This document shows positions 1 through 9,206 of a DNA stretch of 61,564 bases, in pieces. The DNA comes from a virus. Lineage: Duplodnaviria > Caudoviricetes. The stretch spans positions 1 through 61,564 of IMG/VR virus record IMGVR_UViG_3300042507_004218; one strand, written 5' to 3'. Numbering within the stretch: position 1 is the first letter of the stretch; each line of letters begins with the position of its first letter. Made by a program: the position numbers and the translations under genes. The notes under the pieces are model-generated. The model did no database searches, was not told the DNA's origin, and was given only the letters and a program-made list of their open reading frames with translations.

Positions 1-166
1 CGGCGCTGAAGCCGGAGAGCTTGGTCTCCTCTTCAAACGAACGCTCGGAGGTCTCCGTCTCGTAGATCTCCTTGTGCTCTTCGCCGTAGCGCTTGTACTC
101 CAGGCCGAACAGGGCGTTCAGTCCAGGGAGCAGTTCCTTGAGTAGTTGGGCACGAGAAATTGCCAT
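1..166 (-). CDS. Major capsid protein, N-terminal fragment (runs off the window start)
   Basis: Manual translation from the ATG at 166 with AAGGAG RBS gives MAISRAQLLKELLPGLNALFGLEYKRYGEEHKEIYETETSERSFEEETKLSGFSA, the typical N-terminus of this capsid family. The C-terminal part lies at 61034-61564. Confidence 0.85.
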   Translation of the reverse strand, partial: MAISRAQLLKELLPGLNALFGLEYKRYGEEHKEIYETETSERSFEEETKLSGFSA

Positions 167-178
167 GATGTGTGCTCC

Positions 179-1105
179 TTAGACGCCAGCAGCCAGCAGG
201 TAGCTGTGATAGCCGAAGTTCCAGCCCACAATCACTTCCGGGTAACCCACGAAAGAGACGGTGGTGCCGCTGCCTGCAGTGACGTTGGTGCTGACCGTGA
301 TGGTCTTGGTCGAAGTAACCACACCCGTGACCGTCAGGTTGCTGCCCGGAGAGCCTGCGGTCGTGCTGGAGATACCAGCGATGATGCACTGCATACCGGG
401 CTGGATGCCCGTGACGGAATCGACCGTGAAGGTCGAGCCACCCGAAGGCGAGTTGGTCAGGGTCGTGGCGACCGTGACAGCCGTGTCCGGGACCATCTGC
501 ACCACACGCAGCGCGGGCGCGGTGCCCGAGCCGGTGCCGACCGTCTGCCGGATGTTGCCCGCCACAGACGAGGACACCGTCGGGTTGGCACCCGAGATCG
601 CCATGGCCGAGTTGCCCGTCGTGGTGCTGCCCGTGTTCCCTGCGACGAGGAACGCGTTGGAACCAACGAACGACGGCGACATGTACCCGATGGTCGTGCC
701 CGTGTTGGCCTGCGTGTTGGCCGAGCCTTGCGCCTGGGTGACCACCGCCGCCTTGAAGAGGGCATTGGGATCGTCCAGCACATAGGCCACCGCGTCAGGA
801 GCGTTGGTCCCTGCGGGCCACTGCTCATTGCGGAGCTTGCCGTAGAGCGGCCCACCCGTGGGGGTGTACTCGCAGCCGAGGAAGACGCCCAGGATGGCAC
901 CCGCCGCAGCGCCAGAGGCGGTATTGGCGTTGTAGGGTGTGATGATGGTGTTGCCGTTGGAGAGACCCACAACGTCGCCCGTGAAGAGGCCCGTGTTGTA
1001 GCCCTGACCAATCGGAATCATCCGGGTAGACCCAGCGAAGGGGATACCCCCACGCAGGTTCACCGGCTGTAGGCCGTAAGGCCCGTCGATGATGGGATAA
1101 GCCAT
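179..1105 (-). CDS. Capsid-associated (decoration/minor capsid) protein
   Basis: 308 aa, G/T/A-rich and beta-like (PYGLQPV..GG..GVFLGCEY..AYVLDDP). AAGGAG RBS. Lies directly upstream of the capsid gene. Confidence 0.6.
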   Translation of the reverse strand: MAYPIIDGPYGLQPVNLRGGIPFAGSTRMIPIGQGYNTGLFTGDVVGLSNGNTIITPYNANTASGAAAGAILGVFLGCEYTPTGGPLYGKLRNEQWPAGTNAPDAVAYVLDDPNALFKAAVVTQAQGSANTQANTGTTIGYMSPSFVGSNAFLVAGNTGSTTTGNSAMAISGANPTVSSSVAGNIRQTVGTGSGTAPALRVVQMVPDTAVTVATTLTNSPSGGSTFTVDSVTGIQPGMQCIIAGISSTTAGSPGSNLTVTGVVTSTKTITVSTNVTAGSGTTVSFVGYPEVIVGWNFGYHSYLLAAGV

Positions 1106-1119
1106 TTAAGACTCCTTGA

Positions 1120-1569
1120 TTACTGACCGCGTCCAAACGAAACCTCAGAACGCCGCTGTTTGAACAGTGGCATACGAGGATCGTTCTCGCGCATGAAGGT
1201 GTTGTCCACAGAATCCATCTGCCCGGACGCCTGAGCCTGATAGAACGCATTCCGTTGATCAACAAGTTCTTTGGGGGTTCGGCAAAGCACCAGACCGCCG
1301 ATCTCCAGGGCATCAGGAATCCGAGACTTCGGATCGCACAGATGTTGAAGTTCAGGATGATCTGCCACCTTGACAGGCTCCCAGCCTTCGCGGAACTTGG
1401 AGGTGATGTTCCTTGGGTCGGCGGTACCCAAGGTGCTGACACGAATCCACCGATAGACATACCCAGGAACCGGGATCGGATCCGGGAGAAGTTCGGCAGG
1501 CTTCCAAGTGATAGGACGCTCTGCCTTGGCGCGAGATTCAGCTTCGCGAGGGGTTCGTTGGTCAGCCAT
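1120..1569 (-). CDS. Conserved head-region hypothetical protein
   Basis: 149 aa with YRWIRVS...REGWEPV...IGGLVLC motif, between scaffold and capsid genes. Confidence 0.7.
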   Translation of the reverse strand: MADQRTPREAESRAKAERPITWKPAELLPDPIPVPGYVYRWIRVSTLGTADPRNITSKFREGWEPVKVADHPELQHLCDPKSRIPDALEIGGLVLCRTPKELVDQRNAFYQAQASGQMDSVDNTFMRENDPRMPLFKQRRSEVSFGRGQ

Positions 1570-2518
1570 TGTCTTTCCTCATCTGTTCCGCAACGGCCCG
1601 AGCGTATTGCTCATTACTGAGCCCGAGACGCTTGGCAAGGTTCACTTGGGTTTGCGTAAGCACGATTTTCTTAGGCGCTGTGCTACGCGTTGCAGGAGCT
1701 ACGACGTTCGCCGCTTTGGCGGACTTGCCAGAGGAAAACGCTTCCGGAAAAGTCCTACGCATTTCTGCATTGATTCGACCGTAGTATTCGTCGCTTGCGG
1801 TGTCTACACCGCTCTCGATCAACTCCTGATGAACTGCCAGGGCGAAGTTCGTCATCCGCTTGTTCGACCCAAACCACGGATTGGCTTCTTGCCACGCACG
1901 GGCCTTCGGGTCGGGGGGAGGCGGCGATGGGAGCGTTTGTACAACATTCTGCGGCGTTTGTACAGGGGGTGCCGCCGGTGCGGGCGGACGATACGCGTTC
2001 AGCCGCTCGATCTTGTTGACCGCCTTGGCCAGTTCCTCTTGTGCAGCGACGATGCCATCAGTATCGAACGCCTCGTGCGCGTCCTTGAGCTTCTGCTTGG
2101 CCGCAGCCACCTCCGCAGCCGCCGTCTGTTTGGCCTGCGCAATCAGTGCCTGCTGGCCCTGGCCAAGCGTGCCCTGCAGCTTCTTGTTCTCTTCAATGAG
2201 GTTTTGGGCCAGCCGCAGAGCTTCTTCGCGCTCTCGCTGGGCCGCTTCCTTGGCTCTACGCTCCTCGTGGTAGCCCTTGGAGAAGTGCTGGATGCGCTGC
2301 TTGACGCCTTCGCTGTACTTCGCCAGTTCGTCATCCGTGACTTCTGCAGGCGGCTCCTTCATTGGCGGGCGCCCGCGATCCGACTCGGGAGTGTCGTCCA
2401 CCACCTCTACGATGTCTTCGCCCTCAACTTCGAAGTCAACCTTGTTGTCTTCGGCCTTGGTGTCCACCGGCGTCTCGTCCGGGAACTTGAACTCTTCTCT
2501 GTCATTTGCCATGTTCAT
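1562..2518 (-). CDS. Putative scaffolding protein
   Basis: Acidic N-terminus, coiled-coil middle, 'NPWFG' motif and C-terminal helix-turn-helix (LAKRLGLSNEQYAR). Located between portal and capsid. Confidence 0.7.
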   Translation of the reverse strand: MNMANDREEFKFPDETPVDTKAEDNKVDFEVEGEDIVEVVDDTPESDRGRPPMKEPPAEVTDDELAKYSEGVKQRIQHFSKGYHEERRAKEAAQREREEALRLAQNLIEENKKLQGTLGQGQQALIAQAKQTAAAEVAAAKQKLKDAHEAFDTDGIVAAQEELAKAVNKIERLNAYRPPAPAAPPVQTPQNVVQTLPSPPPPDPKARAWQEANPWFGSNKRMTNFALAVHQELIESGVDTASDEYYGRINAEMRRTFPEAFSSGKSAKAANVVAPATRSTAPKKIVLTQTQVNLAKRLGLSNEQYARAVAEQMRKDNG

Positions 2519-2913
2519 GCCCTCTGAACGCCACGGGGATCTTGAACGACAGCTTCGACGCTGTCATCGTTGATGATGCGGAACTCTTGTCCGTGAATCT
2601 TCAGTCTCGTGCCGCTGTTGGGACGGACAAGGACGAAGTCGCCTTCCTTGCAGGAGGGACCGGACGGGAAGCGGATGGGATCCTTGTAGCAGTCGGGGCC
2701 CATCTTGACCACCCACAGCACGGGGGACAGCACCTCCTCAAAGTGCATGGTTTGTCCAGACTTCAGAATCCCGCTCTCAAAGGACTCTTCCGCTTGTGGA
2801 AGCATGCAGAGGATGTGGTACGTCTTCGGATCAGGCAGTTGCCTTGCCTTTTCTTCTGGCGTTTCAGGTAGGACAGACGTTGATTTTCCGTCTGACAGAA
2901 CAAATTCACTCAT
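2515..2913 (-). CDS. GroES/Cpn10-like co-chaperonin
   Basis: P..YHIL...ESGIL...VVKMGPD...KEGDFVL...GTRLKIHGQEFRIINDDSVEAVV matches the Cpn10 pattern. Start moved to the ATG at 2913. Confidence 0.8.
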   Translation of the reverse strand: MSEFVLSDGKSTSVLPETPEEKARQLPDPKTYHILCMLPQAEESFESGILKSGQTMHFEEVLSPVLWVVKMGPDCYKDPIRFPSGPSCKEGDFVLVRPNSGTRLKIHGQEFRIINDDSVEAVVQDPRGVQRA

Positions 2914-3103
2914 CTTCGGAATGCTCCATTTGTCGCACGAGGTCAGTGATGTAGGACTGCGCGAGAGAAAGACCCCGGATTTCTCCGCACAGATTCTTGT
3001 ATTCGGCATAGTCTCTTGCCGTACCGTCAACAAGCACTTCAACAAGAGCATCGCGACGCTCTTTGATTTCCTTGAGCACTACGTCAAACGCAGTAGTTGT
3101 CAT
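2906..3103 (-). CDS. Small hypothetical protein (65 aa)
   Basis: Helical protein (DYAEYKNLCGEIRGL), tightly packed downstream of the portal gene. Confidence 0.7.
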   Translation of the reverse strand: MTTTAFDVVLKEIKERRDALVEVLVDGTARDYAEYKNLCGEIRGLSLAQSYITDLVRQMEHSEDE

Positions 3104-3106
3104 GGA

Positions 3107-5569
3107 TCACCCCTTGGTTTGCGGGCGTTGCGCAGCCCGTTGTGCCTGTTGTGCAGCCTTGAGGGCGGCAGCTTGCGCCTGCTGGCGCAGCTTCTGCTGA
3201 TGGGCCTGCTCCTTGTGCGTCAGTTCTTGCTGCGCGCGCATGGCCTGCATCTGCGGCGGCTCGCCCTGGTTCTTCTGGGCATCAAGCGCGAGACGCGCCT
3301 GCTCAAGCTGGAGCTTCTGCTGAGCGATCTGGAAGTCGCGCTGGCTGTCTTGATCCTTGCGCTGCAGCTCTTGGGCCTTCAACTGCAGCTCCATCTGCTG
3401 CATCTGCAGCGTCGGGTCCATGGACTGCTGCTGAGCACGCTGCTGTGCCGCCATGGCTTGGTTCTGCACCATCGTGCGCTGTGCAGCCGCTGCAATCAGC
3501 GGTGCGATGGCCTTCTCGTCCTCAGGGGCAACCGGCGTGTCGCCCTCTTCGTCAAGCGGTGGCAGGGGCACGCCAAGCTGCATCTCGACCTGAGCCCGGT
3601 ACGCGAACGCGGTGTGCTCCGCGATGTGCGCCATGAGCGCGGCCATCATCTGCTGTGCCATGGGGTTCTGCCCCAGGGTGGCAGCGATTCTCGGGTCCTG
3701 CATGAACGCTTGGTGCGTGGCCATATGGGCCTCGTGGTCCTGGTACGCGAACGCCTTGAGGGGGCGCATGCGCAGCACGTCCATGTTCTCCGTGACGGGG
3801 TCGCGGGGCTTCTGGTCCTCGGGCGTGGCCACGAGACGCTCGGCGTTCTTGATCCCCAGCACCTCCAGCATCTGACGGTGCAGGTACGGCTGGTCGTAGA
3901 TCTGCGGCGCGCTTTGCGCAAGCTGCAGTGCCGCTTGGTACTGCATGATGCGTTGGGCCATCGTGGCCGCGTTCGGATCGCTGACCGGGATGACCTCGAC
4001 CACATCGTAGTCGGCCTGCTTGACACGGCGATCCCCGCCCTCGGGCGTGTACGAGTAGTCCTCGTCGGTGTAGTCGCGGATGATCTGCTTCAGGAGCTTG
4101 AACTCCATCTTCAAGCTGGCATGGACCCGGGCCTGAACCGCGCTCATGGTCTTGAGCTGCCGCTCCAGGATGGCCAGGGTGGTGCCCACCGGCGCCTGGG
4201 CTGACATGTCGCTGATCTTCAGATCTGCGATGGCTGCAAGCCTGCGCCCTTCCTCCGTAATGCGCTCCAGGAGCGCGGCAAGCACTTGGCTGGGCTCCTT
4301 GTACGGCAGCGGCATGATGTTGTCGCGCACGGCCCCGGAGGCGATGTCAACGTCGCGGAACTCGCCCGGAGCGATGGGCGTGTCGTCCCCCTTGATCCGC
4401 AGTCCACGGGCCTTCAGACCCCCGGGCAGGTTGCTCAGCGTGCCGGCATCGACAAGCTGCCGGATGATGCTGGTGCCAGCACGGGCGTAGCCCCCGATGA
4501 GGTGGATGAACCCCAGGCCGTAGGCCCCGAAGCCGGGGATGTACGTGTACTGCACGAAGTGCTGCCGCTTGCGCTTGAGGTCGTCGCCCTCTTCCCAGTT
4601 GCGCCGGATGGCCAGGACGTTGCTCGTGCCACGCTCGATGGTGATGACGTAGGGCAGCGCGATGCCGTCCTCGTCCTCGTACCCCGGCATGTCGTAGTCA
4701 ACGTGGATCTCCAGCACTTGATACCGGTCATCTTCGTTGAGCGAGTACCCCTGATCTTCGGCTTTTTTCTTCTCGATGTCAGAGAAGAAGCGCACCGGTT
4801 CGCCCAGGTCAATCTCGCGGTAGAACCCCGCGACCTGGAGCCGCTTGAGGTCGTTCTTCGTCTTGCGCATCACATGCGTCACCCGCTCGCAGGTGTACAC
4901 GTTGGCCGCGCCGTAAGGCATGATCAAGTCTTCTGCCGGGATGTAGGGCGCGTCGGGCATCCGCGTGGCCGGGTTCGGGTAGACCTTCTTGAAGGCCGCG
5001 CCAATGAGGCCCAGACCGAAGAGCAACCGCTCGTGCTCCGGGCGGTAGTCGATCATCTTCTCGGTGAGCATGTAGTTCATGTCCTCACGGACGCGTTCTG
5101 CAGCTTCTTCCTTAGGCTTGGTGATTTCGCCCACGATCTTGGTCTTGACGGGGCCTTGAGCGGGGAACGTCTCCGTGATCATTTCTGACTGGAAACGCAC
5201 TGCTGCCTCCGTCAGCAGCGGGGAAAACACGCCGCAAGCACCGCTCCAAGGTTCAGTGCGGTCTTCGTACTTCATCCCCAGGACTTCAAGCCCCTTCACG
5301 TAGGCTTCGATCCAGTCCTTGCGGCTCTGGATGTCCGCATCCACCAGGGAGAGCAGGTCCGAAGCCAGCGTCTGCAACGCTCCCTCGTCCATGAACTCGG
5401 CCAAGTTGGCATCGAAGTCCTCCGGGCCCTCGGCACCGGGCTCCAGGGTGATCTCCAGGCCATCCACGCCCACCGTGACGGAGTCGGGGTTCTCGATTGC
5501 GATCTCGATGGCTGGGGCCTCGGAGAGAAGCGCGGGGTCCATCGGGGTCATTTGGGGTTCCATTGCCAT
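3107..5569 (-). CDS. Portal protein (podovirus-type, long Q-rich C-terminal coiled coil)
   Basis: 820 aa, immediately downstream of TerL, GGAG RBS. Size, position and C-terminal helical extension resemble P22-type portals. Confidence 0.8.
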   Translation of the reverse strand: MAMEPQMTPMDPALLSEAPAIEIAIENPDSVTVGVDGLEITLEPGAEGPEDFDANLAEFMDEGALQTLASDLLSLVDADIQSRKDWIEAYVKGLEVLGMKYEDRTEPWSGACGVFSPLLTEAAVRFQSEMITETFPAQGPVKTKIVGEITKPKEEAAERVREDMNYMLTEKMIDYRPEHERLLFGLGLIGAAFKKVYPNPATRMPDAPYIPAEDLIMPYGAANVYTCERVTHVMRKTKNDLKRLQVAGFYREIDLGEPVRFFSDIEKKKAEDQGYSLNEDDRYQVLEIHVDYDMPGYEDEDGIALPYVITIERGTSNVLAIRRNWEEGDDLKRKRQHFVQYTYIPGFGAYGLGFIHLIGGYARAGTSIIRQLVDAGTLSNLPGGLKARGLRIKGDDTPIAPGEFRDVDIASGAVRDNIMPLPYKEPSQVLAALLERITEEGRRLAAIADLKISDMSAQAPVGTTLAILERQLKTMSAVQARVHASLKMEFKLLKQIIRDYTDEDYSYTPEGGDRRVKQADYDVVEVIPVSDPNAATMAQRIMQYQAALQLAQSAPQIYDQPYLHRQMLEVLGIKNAERLVATPEDQKPRDPVTENMDVLRMRPLKAFAYQDHEAHMATHQAFMQDPRIAATLGQNPMAQQMMAALMAHIAEHTAFAYRAQVEMQLGVPLPPLDEEGDTPVAPEDEKAIAPLIAAAAQRTMVQNQAMAAQQRAQQQSMDPTLQMQQMELQLKAQELQRKDQDSQRDFQIAQQKLQLEQARLALDAQKNQGEPPQMQAMRAQQELTHKEQAHQQKLRQQAQAAALKAAQQAQRAAQRPQTKG

Positions 5570-5577
5570 GGTGGCTC

Positions 5578-7131
5578 CTAGTAGTACGCAGCGCGTCTAA
5601 CGCTGCGGAATTCACGTGGTTCTTCAGGCTCATCCGACGGCAGTCTGATGAAGCCGCCCTGGCGCATGCGCATGAGCGCCTGCGTGCAAGTATCGACGTA
5701 GTCGTCGTGTTCGCCAGCGGGGAAGGCCGCGATCTCCTCGATGACTTCGCGTGCCCAGCGCGTGTCAGGCGCCCAGACACGACCCGAGGAGAACAGGTCC
5801 GAGACGGCGTTCAAGCGCACGCGCTTGTCGTTCGACTGGTTGGCCTTGCCACGCGAGGGGCTGAACTCGCCAATCGCGATGCCCATGGCGCGTAGCTCCT
5901 GGATCAGAGGCGCACCGGCAGCTTTCTTCTCGATCAAGCAGGCATCTGGCTCCCACTCGCGGTAGTACTCCAGCGCGCGTTTCTTCAGGTCAGGAAATGT
6001 CCACCGCCCCTTGATGGCGTCGAGCAGGATGATGTGGGCGTTGTCGTTGTCTTCCTCGTTGAACCACACGCCCCACGTGGTGCAGGCGGTGTAATCGCTG
6101 GAGGTCTTTGTCTCGTGCGCTGTGTCCCACGACTGGATGATGTACTCGCACTTGGGCGGCTTCTCGTGCTCCCAGATCTGCCAGAGGTCGCGCTTGATGA
6201 CTGCCGCCACCTCAGAGGTGGGGTTCTGCATGTACTGCGCCTGCCAGAAGCGCGGGTCCATGCCTGCACGTTTTGCCTGCAACTGCTCCAATGGCCACTG
6301 CTCCGGCCACAAACTCTTCTCTTCAGGCGTATGCTCGTTCAGAATGGCCGGAAGCTCGACAATCTCCCACTTGTCAGCGTCAGGGTTCTTGATCTGGTGC
6401 TTGATCAACATCCCCGTAAGGTCGATCTCGCTCCACCGCGTCATAATGACGATGATGGCGCCTCCTGGCATAAGGCGCTGGAGGGGGCCGGTCTGGAACC
6501 AGTTCCATGCCGCGTCGAAAGGCGTGCGTGTGCCCGCTTTGATGTCCTGTTCCGAGTGCGGATCGTCGATGACAAACAGATCTGCGCCCCGGCCTGCGAT
6601 ACTGCCGCCCACGCCAACCGCGTAGTATTGGCCACCTTCGGTGGTTGACCACTTTCCAGCCGCTTTTTGGTCCTCAGAAACGCTTGTTTTGGGAAAAATA
6701 GGCGTGTAGACCTCGGTTGCGATGAGGTTTTTGATGCGACGCCCAAAATCTTCCGACAGAGACGCGGTGTGCGTCCCCATGATGACCTTTTTGTGCGGAA
6801 ATTTGCCCAAAAAGTAGGAGGGAAATAGATAAGAGCTGAACTCCGATTTGCCCATACGGGGCGCGATGTTGATGATCACCCGGTGTTTGCGCCCATGGAT
6901 GATGTCATCGAAGATCTTACTGAGCGCGCGGTGGTGAGCGCCTTCCTTGAACCCCGGATAGACGGCGTGTGCGAAGCCTACCACTGAATTCTGAGCGGCT
7001 TTCAAGCGACTTCGGCGTTCTTTCTCTTCGAGCAGGTCGAAGAGTTCCATTTTTTCCTTGACAGAAAGCGTAGGAAGCGCGGCATGAATAGCCTGCGCTT
7101 CTGCGGGGGTCAAGAAATCAGGCAGCTTCAT
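5578..7131 (-). CDS. terL: Terminase large subunit
   Basis: Walker A IAPRMGKS, Walker B LFVIDD, coupling motif IMTRW, RNase H-like nuclease motifs QSWDTA and HDDYVD. Confidence 0.95.
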   Translation of the reverse strand: MKLPDFLTPAEAQAIHAALPTLSVKEKMELFDLLEEKERRSRLKAAQNSVVGFAHAVYPGFKEGAHHRALSKIFDDIIHGRKHRVIINIAPRMGKSEFSSYLFPSYFLGKFPHKKVIMGTHTASLSEDFGRRIKNLIATEVYTPIFPKTSVSEDQKAAGKWSTTEGGQYYAVGVGGSIAGRGADLFVIDDPHSEQDIKAGTRTPFDAAWNWFQTGPLQRLMPGGAIIVIMTRWSEIDLTGMLIKHQIKNPDADKWEIVELPAILNEHTPEEKSLWPEQWPLEQLQAKRAGMDPRFWQAQYMQNPTSEVAAVIKRDLWQIWEHEKPPKCEYIIQSWDTAHETKTSSDYTACTTWGVWFNEEDNDNAHIILLDAIKGRWTFPDLKKRALEYYREWEPDACLIEKKAAGAPLIQELRAMGIAIGEFSPSRGKANQSNDKRVRLNAVSDLFSSGRVWAPDTRWAREVIEEIAAFPAGEHDDYVDTCTQALMRMRQGGFIRLPSDEPEEPREFRSVRRAAYY

Positions 7132-7778
7132 GTTTGCGGCAACACTACTGCGTCAGAAACGGGCTGCGCGTCAACAACGCCCATGAAGCGTGAGAGCTTC
7201 TCCTTGATTTTGGCGTCGAGTTCGGTGTCGCTGACGTTCGTCTTTTTGACCTCTACGCGGTCGGTGAAGAGCGCAATCTCCGTGACGCGGCCAAGTAGCT
7301 CCAGCGCCCTCAGGCGTATGCGTGCATCTGGGTGCTTGGTTTCTTCCACGATCTTGGCTACCGCGTAGCCTCGGATCTCCTTGGCCTGCTCGACGAACTC
7401 CCAGTCGTAGGCGGTCAGCATGCCCGTCAGGTGCTGCACGGCAGCAGGCGTCTTCAGCGCCAGGAGGCGCTGTTTCTGTGTCTCGGACGGGGTGTTGGGC
7501 GCGGTGACGGCCACAAAGGCGCTTTGCGCCATGGCCACGGAGTTCTGCGCTTCGGTGGAGGCAACGGTAGGCGCCCCCAGGCTGGCCAACCAGTTGGCCG
7601 TGCCGTGCTGTGCGGCAATGACCTGGGTAGGCGCGGCGTCTTCAAGCGGCGTGAAGGACGGGCTGTCCTCCGCGCAAATCTCCGGCTCGAAGTCGATCAG
7701 GTGCTGCAGCATGTTTTCGCAGGGCTTGGTGCCCGATGGGCGCGAGTGTATACTCAGGTCGCTTGCTTCGGCAAGCAT
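7128..7778 (-). CDS. Putative terminase small subunit
   Basis: Overlaps the TerL start by 4 bp; helical RLRALELLG motif. Start is uncertain: ATG 7778 (AGGAGA RBS) or ATG 7712. Confidence 0.55.
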   Translation of the reverse strand: MLAEASDLSIHSRPSGTKPCENMLQHLIDFEPEICAEDSPSFTPLEDAAPTQVIAAQHGTANWLASLGAPTVASTEAQNSVAMAQSAFVAVTAPNTPSETQKQRLLALKTPAAVQHLTGMLTAYDWEFVEQAKEIRGYAVAKIVEETKHPDARIRLRALELLGRVTEIALFTDRVEVKKTNVSDTELDAKIKEKLSRFMGVVDAQPVSDAVVLPQT

Positions 7779-7836
7779 GCTTGTCTCCTGCTGCCGGAGC
7801 ATCCGGCTTTGGCCCCCTCGGTGAGGGGGTTTTTTT
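7761..7836 (+). ncRNA. Candidate ~75-nt small RNA carrying an anti-RBS segment
   Basis: TTGGTG-17bp-TATACT promoter (7726-7754), then GCTTGC-TTCG-GCAAGC hairpin, linker CATGCTTGTCTCCT, GCCGGA-GCA-TCCGGC hairpin and an intrinsic terminator. Confidence 0.55.
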
Positions 7837-7838
7837 AT
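7812..7838 (+). terminator. Rho-independent terminator
   Basis: GCCCCCTC-GGT-GAGGGGGT stem-loop followed by a T-run. Confidence 0.8.
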
Positions 7839-7844
7839 TTGTGT

Positions 7845-7964
7845 ATGTCAAGAATTTGACAATATGTGTTTGGTTTTTGTAGTAATGTCAAGGATTTGAC
7901 AAAAGTAATTTTGTTTTTGTAGTAATGTCAAAGATTTGACAAAAGCAGTGTGGTTTTTGTAATT
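7845..7964. repeat. Three AT-rich 40-bp tandem repeats, each containing a TGTCAA-N4-TTGACA palindrome
   Basis: Palindromes at 7846-7861, 7886-7901 and 7926-7941, each followed by GTTTTTGTA. Lies at the divergence point of the two genome arms. Confidence 0.9.
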
Positions 7965-8194
7965 TAATTTTGTAAAAAATGCGTAGTGTGGTTGTGGTTT
8001 CGTGTTCATATAGCGTCGCTACCTCGCTGCACAGCTTGGGGGCTCCCGGGTAGGGTGGGGTCAGCAGTAGGGGCTAGGGGAGCACGCTGAAGGGGGGTTG
8101 AGGGCATATGTGAGAGGGCCGAATCCTCTCGGCGACGCCGCACGCACTGCGGCATTTTGGTAATGGGACACGATGTCCCCATTGGAGTAGCAAC

Positions 8195-8638
8195 ATGAAC
8201 AAGCAATCCCTTTTCCGTGCTTTCGACGCCTACGCTGTGGGTTCGCAGAATCTGGTGGAAACCCTGCGCAAGGCAGCCGTCGAAGCGGGTTTCAAGACCC
8301 TCGAAGACTGCAAGCCCGTGGTGACCGAATGGGCTTCGAAGAAGTACGGTGTGCCCCTGGTCGAGTCGAAGAGCCCGCGCAACAAGGGCGAGATGGTGCT
8401 CGACCGCGCGGCAGCGAAGTACGAAGCCGCCAAGAAAGCCGCACAACGCCTGATGGACGCGCTCGGCGGTGACGCTGACGCGCAGGCAAAGCCGGCCAGC
8501 AACAAGACCGAGGGCGTCGAAGTGCCCGCGCATATCGCTGCTCTGGCAGCGAAGCTGGCAGCGGCTTGCCTGGAATACGAGCAGTCGAAGAAGATCGCCG
8601 CGCAAGCGGTGGCCGAGGCTTTCGCTGCCGCGAAGTGA
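8195..8638 (+). CDS. First early hypothetical protein (147 aa, Ala/Lys-rich)
   Basis: GGAG RBS, phage-typical codon usage, immediately after palindrome 1. Confidence 0.8.
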   Translation: MNKQSLFRAFDAYAVGSQNLVETLRKAAVEAGFKTLEDCKPVVTEWASKKYGVPLVESKSPRNKGEMVLDRAAAKYEAAKKAAQRLMDALGGDADAQAKPASNKTEGVEVPAHIAALAAKLAAACLEYEQSKKIAAQAVAEAFAAAK

Positions 8639-8766
8639 TCAACGGGGACACGTTGTCCCCTTTCCGCTACGTCTGTAGCGGCCTGGGTTCGCCCAGGCCA
8701 GTGCGGATGTGATGCGCCCGTCGGGCGCTGCCGTGCTCGGGGCACAGCCCCGTCAAGGAGAGAGCC

Positions 8767-9120
8767 ATGAAAAAAGTAGCAGAAGCCCTGTATCGTGAAA
8801 TCGAGGCCACCGAAGCGCTTGCCGCGGAGTTTGACCACAAAAGGGGTCACTCCGACTGCTGGTCGCAGACGGTGCGCTACGGCGCATCGCTGGCGCCAAA
8901 AGCGTTGGATGAGATAGGCAAGCTCGTCCGGCGCCACAAGGCGCTGGCAGCGAAGCTTGAAGGTGCGCGTGGCGAGTACCGTCTGGTGCTCACCGAGCGC
9001 ATGACCAACCTCCGCGAGGAGGCCTACGGGTGGCTCAACCACCCGGACATCGTGACCGCTTGCGGTCACGATGTATTCCCAGCGTATCAGGCGTTGGAGC
9101 GCGAATTCCAGCACCGTTGA
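8767..9120 (+). CDS. Hypothetical protein
   Basis: AAGGAG RBS, 117 aa. Confidence 0.75.
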   Translation: MKKVAEALYREIEATEALAAEFDHKRGHSDCWSQTVRYGASLAPKALDEIGKLVRRHKALAAKLEGARGEYRLVLTERMTNLREEAYGWLNHPDIVTACGHDVFPAYQALEREFQHR

Positions 9121-9206
9121 GCGTAGCGGCGAATGGGGACTGCGTGTCCCCATTGCCAGTGCGCTTGGAGCCTGCGACGCAGGCAGCGTGCTATCGAGGA
9201 AGCAGC

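Noticed and set aside
7845-7964. 40-bp repeats as a mini-CRISPR
   Set aside because: The variable part is only about 10 bp and partly conserved, too short for spacers.
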